The translations under genes and the position numbers were made by a program. Of a stretch of 64,000 nt of DNA, positions 60,463 to 64,000 are shown one piece after another. Source of the stretch: Desulfatiglandales bacterium (GTDB lineage: Bacteria; Desulfobacterota; DSM-4660; Desulfatiglandales; Desulfatiglandaceae); contig OY759599.1 of the NCBI GenBank assembly GCA_963662465.1, positions 4,640,001 through 4,704,000 of the forward strand, given 5' to 3'. The notes under the pieces are model-generated. The model saw only the letters and a program-made list of their open reading frames with translations, was not told the DNA's origin and ran no database searches. Numbering within the stretch: position 1 is the first letter of the stretch; each line of letters begins with the position of its first letter.

Positions 60463-62307
60463 CCCCACCGCCCTTCTCAGCTCCCGCATTCGGGGGGGTT
60501 TGCTCAGGATCACATCCACATGGGGGATCTTCTTCCCTTCGGATTGCAGCATTTTTCCCCAGCCGGTGAGGAGAATGACCGGCGTGTCTGAGGATTCGGC
60601 CTTGATGTGTTTCGCCACCTCCCGACCGTCCATATAGGGCATGCCCAGATCGGTCACCACCAGCTCAAAGGGTTTCCCCCGTTTTCGGGCGTCATAAAAG
60701 GCTTTGAGACCCTCGGCGCCGCTGTAGGCGATCTTTACCCGGTGGCCGTCCGTTTCAAACATCCCTTGGAGGAGACTGAGCAGGGCCGGTTCATCATCGA
60801 TGGCCAGTATCCGCATGGGGGATGCGGGCATGGGCATCTCATGGGATATTTCGCTTACGGGTTCATCCCCTTCACGGGAAATGGGAAAGAGCAGCCGCAC
60901 GGATGTTCCCTCGCCGGGCTCGCTTTCAATCTGAATCTCCCCGTCGTGCCGTTCCATGATCCCGTGTACCGTGGCCAGCCCCAGGCCCGTTCCTCCGGCC
61001 CCTTTCGTTGAAAAAAAGGGTTCCAGACATCGATCTTTTTCCTGTTTCCCCATCCCCGTTCCGGAATCCTTCACCTGAAGGAATATGTCGTCTTCGGAAA
61101 TCCCGGTGCCGAGGGTTATGACGCCGCCTCCCGGCATGGCGTCGGCGACGTTGAAGATCAGGTTGATCAGGGCCTGGCGAATCTCGCTTTCCAGGCCCTC
61201 CACAAGGGGAAGGGGGTCCGTCGGTTCGGTCTTGACCTCGATCATGATCCCCTTGCGGTGGGCGATATCTTTCCACCGGGGTTTTGCCAGTTCCATGGCC
61301 TGAATGACCATTTGGTTGAGATCCAGGGGACCGAGGCACTGACTTTCCGGCGTGGTGCGGTAAAAGGACCGCATTCTCTCCACGATCCCGATAATGTCCT
61401 CGCCTGCCGTTCGGATGATCGTCAGGTATTGGGATATTTTTTCATCGAGACCCTTTTCATGAATCAGCAGCAGGTCGGTGTAGCCCAGAATGGGCGACAC
61501 CGCGTTGTTGATGTCGTGGGCCATGCCGGAGGCCATCTGCCCCAGGGCCCGCAGCCGCTCCTGCCGCATCACGGTCATCTGGGTCTTTCGAAGGTCGTTA
61601 CAGGCATCGTGCAGGTCCTCATAGAGTTTGGCGTTTTGAGCCCCCAGCGCCACGTGCTCGGCCAATTGCTGGAGAAACTCGAATGATCCGCTGGTGAAAC
61701 TCCCCGGTTTCCGCCGCATGGTCAGCAGGACCCCCAGCACCTCGTCTTCCACGGCCAGGGGCGTCAGCACCATGGAACGGAATCCTTCCGCCGCGAGGCC
61801 TTCCAAGGCGGGGGTGTACAACAGGGATATATCCGGTTCATAAACCGCTTTCCCTTCCGCGCACCGGCGCAAACCGTTTTGATCAATGGGGATAATGGTT
61901 CCGGGATACATTCCCCATTTCTTGACCAGTTTCAGGTCCGTGGTCCCCGTGGCCGCCACCGTGAAAATGTCCTCGTCCTGATCCAGAAGCAGAACACAGC
62001 CGAAATCCACGGACAGGTAATCTTCCAGATATTTGAGGGCAACGGTAAAAAGGGAGTGCTTGTCCTGCCGTTGAATCATGGCGCGGGTCATTTGGTTCAA
62101 CAACCGCATCCGTTTCAATTGGTGCTGAAGACGGTCCTCTTTCTTTTTTAACTGCTCACAGGCACGAACCAGTTGGGCGGTTTTTTCCCGGACACGCACT
62201 TCCAGATCGTCTTGTACCTGTAAAAGCGCCTTCTCGGCCTCCACCCGTTCTCGGGTTTTTCGTTGAAGCGTCTTTTCCGTTTGATTTCCATCGGACCACC
62301 CACCCAA
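60454..62307 (-). CDS. GAF hybrid kinase (GAF-HisKA-HATPase-REC), 5' end degraded
   Basis: GQMASGMAHDINN; NLIFNVADAM; GTGLGLA; RBS+ATG at 62398 is out of frame. Confidence 0.88.
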   Translation of the reverse strand: MGGWSDGNQTEKTLQRKTRERVEAEKALLQVQDDLEVRVREKTAQLVRACEQLKKKEDRLQHQLKRMRLLNQMTRAMIQRQDKHSLFTVALKYLEDYLSVDFGCVLLLDQDEDIFTVAATGTTDLKLVKKWGMYPGTIIPIDQNGLRRCAEGKAVYEPDISLLYTPALEGLAAEGFRSMVLTPLAVEDEVLGVLLTMRRKPGSFTSGSFEFLQQLAEHVALGAQNAKLYEDLHDACNDLRKTQMTVMRQERLRALGQMASGMAHDINNAVSPILGYTDLLLIHEKGLDEKISQYLTIIRTAGEDIIGIVERMRSFYRTTPESQCLGPLDLNQMVIQAMELAKPRWKDIAHRKGIMIEVKTEPTDPLPLVEGLESEIRQALINLIFNVADAMPGGGVITLGTGISEDDIFLQVKDSGTGMGKQEKDRCLEPFFSTKGAGGTGLGLATVHGIMERHDGEIQIESEPGEGTSVRLLFPISREGDEPVSEISHEMPMPASPMRILAIDDEPALLSLLQGMFETDGHRVKIAYSGAEGLKAFYDARKRGKPFELVVTDLGMPYMDGREVAKHIKAESSDTPVILLTGWGKMLQSEGKKIPHVDVILSKPPRMRELRRAVGDC

Positions 62308-62414
62308 TGGATTCTTCCACGGGCCGCCCGCGGCCCCGTTTTTCAGGGCTTCCCCCCCCCCTGCTTGTCACCAAAATCTGCAACGGTTTTTGTTCCATCT
62401 CTTCGCCTCCGGCG

Positions 62415-62506
62415 AGTTAATAGTTAATAGTTAATAGTTGAGGAGAAATCGTCTATTCCTTCACTTTTCACTTTTCACTCTTCACTCTTCACTTTTCACT
62501 CTTCAC
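62415..62506. repeat. Heptamer tracts (AGTTAAT)n and (TTCACTT/TTCACTC)n
   Basis: Read directly; encodes VKSEK and the stop of the last gene. Confidence 0.88.
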
Positions 62507-64000
62507 TGCCTTTCCGGGCAGAATCGACCCCAAAACGGTTTTCAATTCCGCTATCTGATAGGGCTTGGGCATGGCGCCGCAAAACCCGTAGGCCCGAAAA
62601 TCGCTCATGACCGGATCATTGAAGTAGCCGCTGGACACGACGGCTTTCACGTTCGGATCGATGGCCATGAGCTTTTTGAGGGTCTCCACGCCGCCCATGC
62701 CGTCCTTGATGGTCAAATCCAGGATCACCGCATCAAAGGGGGTTCCAGCCGTCTTTTGGGCCTTGTACAATCGAACGGCTTCAGCGCCGTCCCCGACCGT
62801 TTGGGCATCGTACCCCAGACGATTGAGCATCTGTTGGACCAGCTTTCGAAGCATCTCTTCGTCGTCCATAAGTAAAACCCTTTTGATTTCGGATTTGCCT
62901 GTCGATACAAAATGGGGGATGGGAAATGGGGCTTCTTCATATTCCGCATTCCGCATTCCGCACTCCCCATTCTCCAAGGCGGGGAGGAAGATGGAGACCG
63001 TGGTGCCGGCGCCCACCGTTGACTGCACGCTGATCCGCCCCCCATGTTTCGCGGTCACCGCATAGGCGGTGGCAAGGCCCATGCCCATCCCCTTTTGAAC
63101 CCCCATCCTTTTGGTGGAAAAGTAAGGGTCGAAGATCTTGCTGATGTTTTCCCTGGGGATCCCCGCACCCTGGTCGCTGATGGAAATCTTGACGTATTTT
63201 CCATGGCCCAGGGCGGCCACGGAATTCTTGAATGCTTCTCCCATCACCGTGTTTTCCGCCTTGAGCGTCAGTATGCCCCCTTCGGGCATGGCCTCCATGG
63301 CGTTTGAGAGGATGTTCCCGACGGCATAGTTCAACTGGTGGGGATCATGAAGCACGGGCCGGAGGTCTTTTGCAATAGAGAGCGTCAAGCGATAGTTTGG
63401 AGCGGGCGGCAGTTTAGCGGCGCATGCTTCGAGGGTTTCTTTTATCGACCTGGCCTTCTTTTGGGGGGCGCTCCCCTTGGACAGAAGCATGAGCCGGTGG
63501 GTCAAATCCTTGGCCCTCAGGGAAGCTTCCTCCGCGTCGCGCAGAAAAGGGAGGATGCGGCTTTCCAGCTCTGTTTCGTCCAGCGCCAGGGATACATTGC
63601 CCAGGATCATGGAAAGCAGGTTGTTGTAGTCATGGGCGATGCCCCCGGTCATCACCGCAAAGGACTCGAATTTCCGGGCCTTGTGGCGCGCTTCCTCGGC
63701 TTCCACCCGATCGGTCACATCGTCATAAATGGCCACCAGCTCACCGAAGGGGAGTTTGTACAGGCGGTTTTCCCGCCACCCTTCCCGGTCCCGGTCCCGA
63801 TAATAGCGGGGCGGCATTATTTCAGGCTCGCCCGTCCGCCACACCCGTCTCAGGGCATCCACCAGCCCGAATTTGTCCATTTCAGGGAAAAGATCCAGCA
63901 GGTTTTTCCCGATCGCCGCTTCCCGCCTGATCCGGCTGATCCTCTCCGCCGCCGGGTTGATGTCCTTAAAAACAAAATAGGCCCCGTCATCCATGGCCTC
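62489..64000 (-). CDS. PAS hybrid kinase, 5' end outside window
   Basis: GGIAHDYNN; NILSNAMEAM; GMGMGLA; C-terminal receiver. Confidence 0.92.
   Translation of the reverse strand, partial: EAMDDGAYFVFKDINPAAERISRIRREAAIGKNLLDLFPEMDKFGLVDALRRVWRTGEPEIMPPRYYRDRDREGWRENRLYKLPFGELVAIYDDVTDRVEAEEARHKARKFESFAVMTGGIAHDYNNLLSMILGNVSLALDETELESRILPFLRDAEEASLRAKDLTHRLMLLSKGSAPQKKARSIKETLEACAAKLPPAPNYRLTLSIAKDLRPVLHDPHQLNYAVGNILSNAMEAMPEGGILTLKAENTVMGEAFKNSVAALGHGKYVKISISDQGAGIPRENISKIFDPYFSTKRMGVQKGMGMGLATAYAVTAKHGGRISVQSTVGAGTTVSIFLPALENGECGMRNAEYEEAPFPIPHFVSTGKSEIKRVLLMDDEEMLRKLVQQMLNRLGYDAQTVGDGAEAVRLYKAQKTAGTPFDAVILDLTIKDGMGGVETLKKLMAIDPNVKAVVSSGYFNDPVMSDFRAYGFCGAMPKPYQIAELKTVLGSILPGKAVKSEK

Overview
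A 64 kb signal-transduction supercluster, almost entirely on the minus strand, whose gene content suggests a sulfate-reducing Desulfobacterota-type bacterium (inference). It holds about 15 histidine or hybrid kinases and several stand-alone receivers. It also has a sigma54 enhancer-binding protein with a candidate -24/-12 promoter, GGDEF and HD-GYP enzymes, and four orphan solute-binding proteins each placed directly upstream of a kinase. Chemosensory genes form two modules (Wsp/ACF-like at 1-5.3 kb; HEAT-CheR-CheY-CheA'/CheB at 44-48.6 kb), plus a CheB-CheR-PAS fusion. About ten AT-richer toxin-antitoxin-like cassettes or remnants are interleaved. The most unusual signal is a pervasive family of 7-bp tandem repeats, often arranged as inverted pairs. 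They sit at many gene junctions, supply stop codons, are inserted in frame into HATPase loops and linkers, and in two places put a kinase one repeat unit out of frame. One cassette is flanked by a duplicated repeat-containing junction. Three MITEs with TIRs and TSDs, nested MITE/REP structures, and two homologous unannotated small membrane-protein pairs are also visible. The 30-58 kb part is heavily decayed (nonsense codons, internal deletions, a MITE insertion); some homopolymer frameshifts may be sequencing errors. No transposase, integrase, RT, CRISPR, rRNA or tRNA was seen. Family names come from motif recognition, not database searches.
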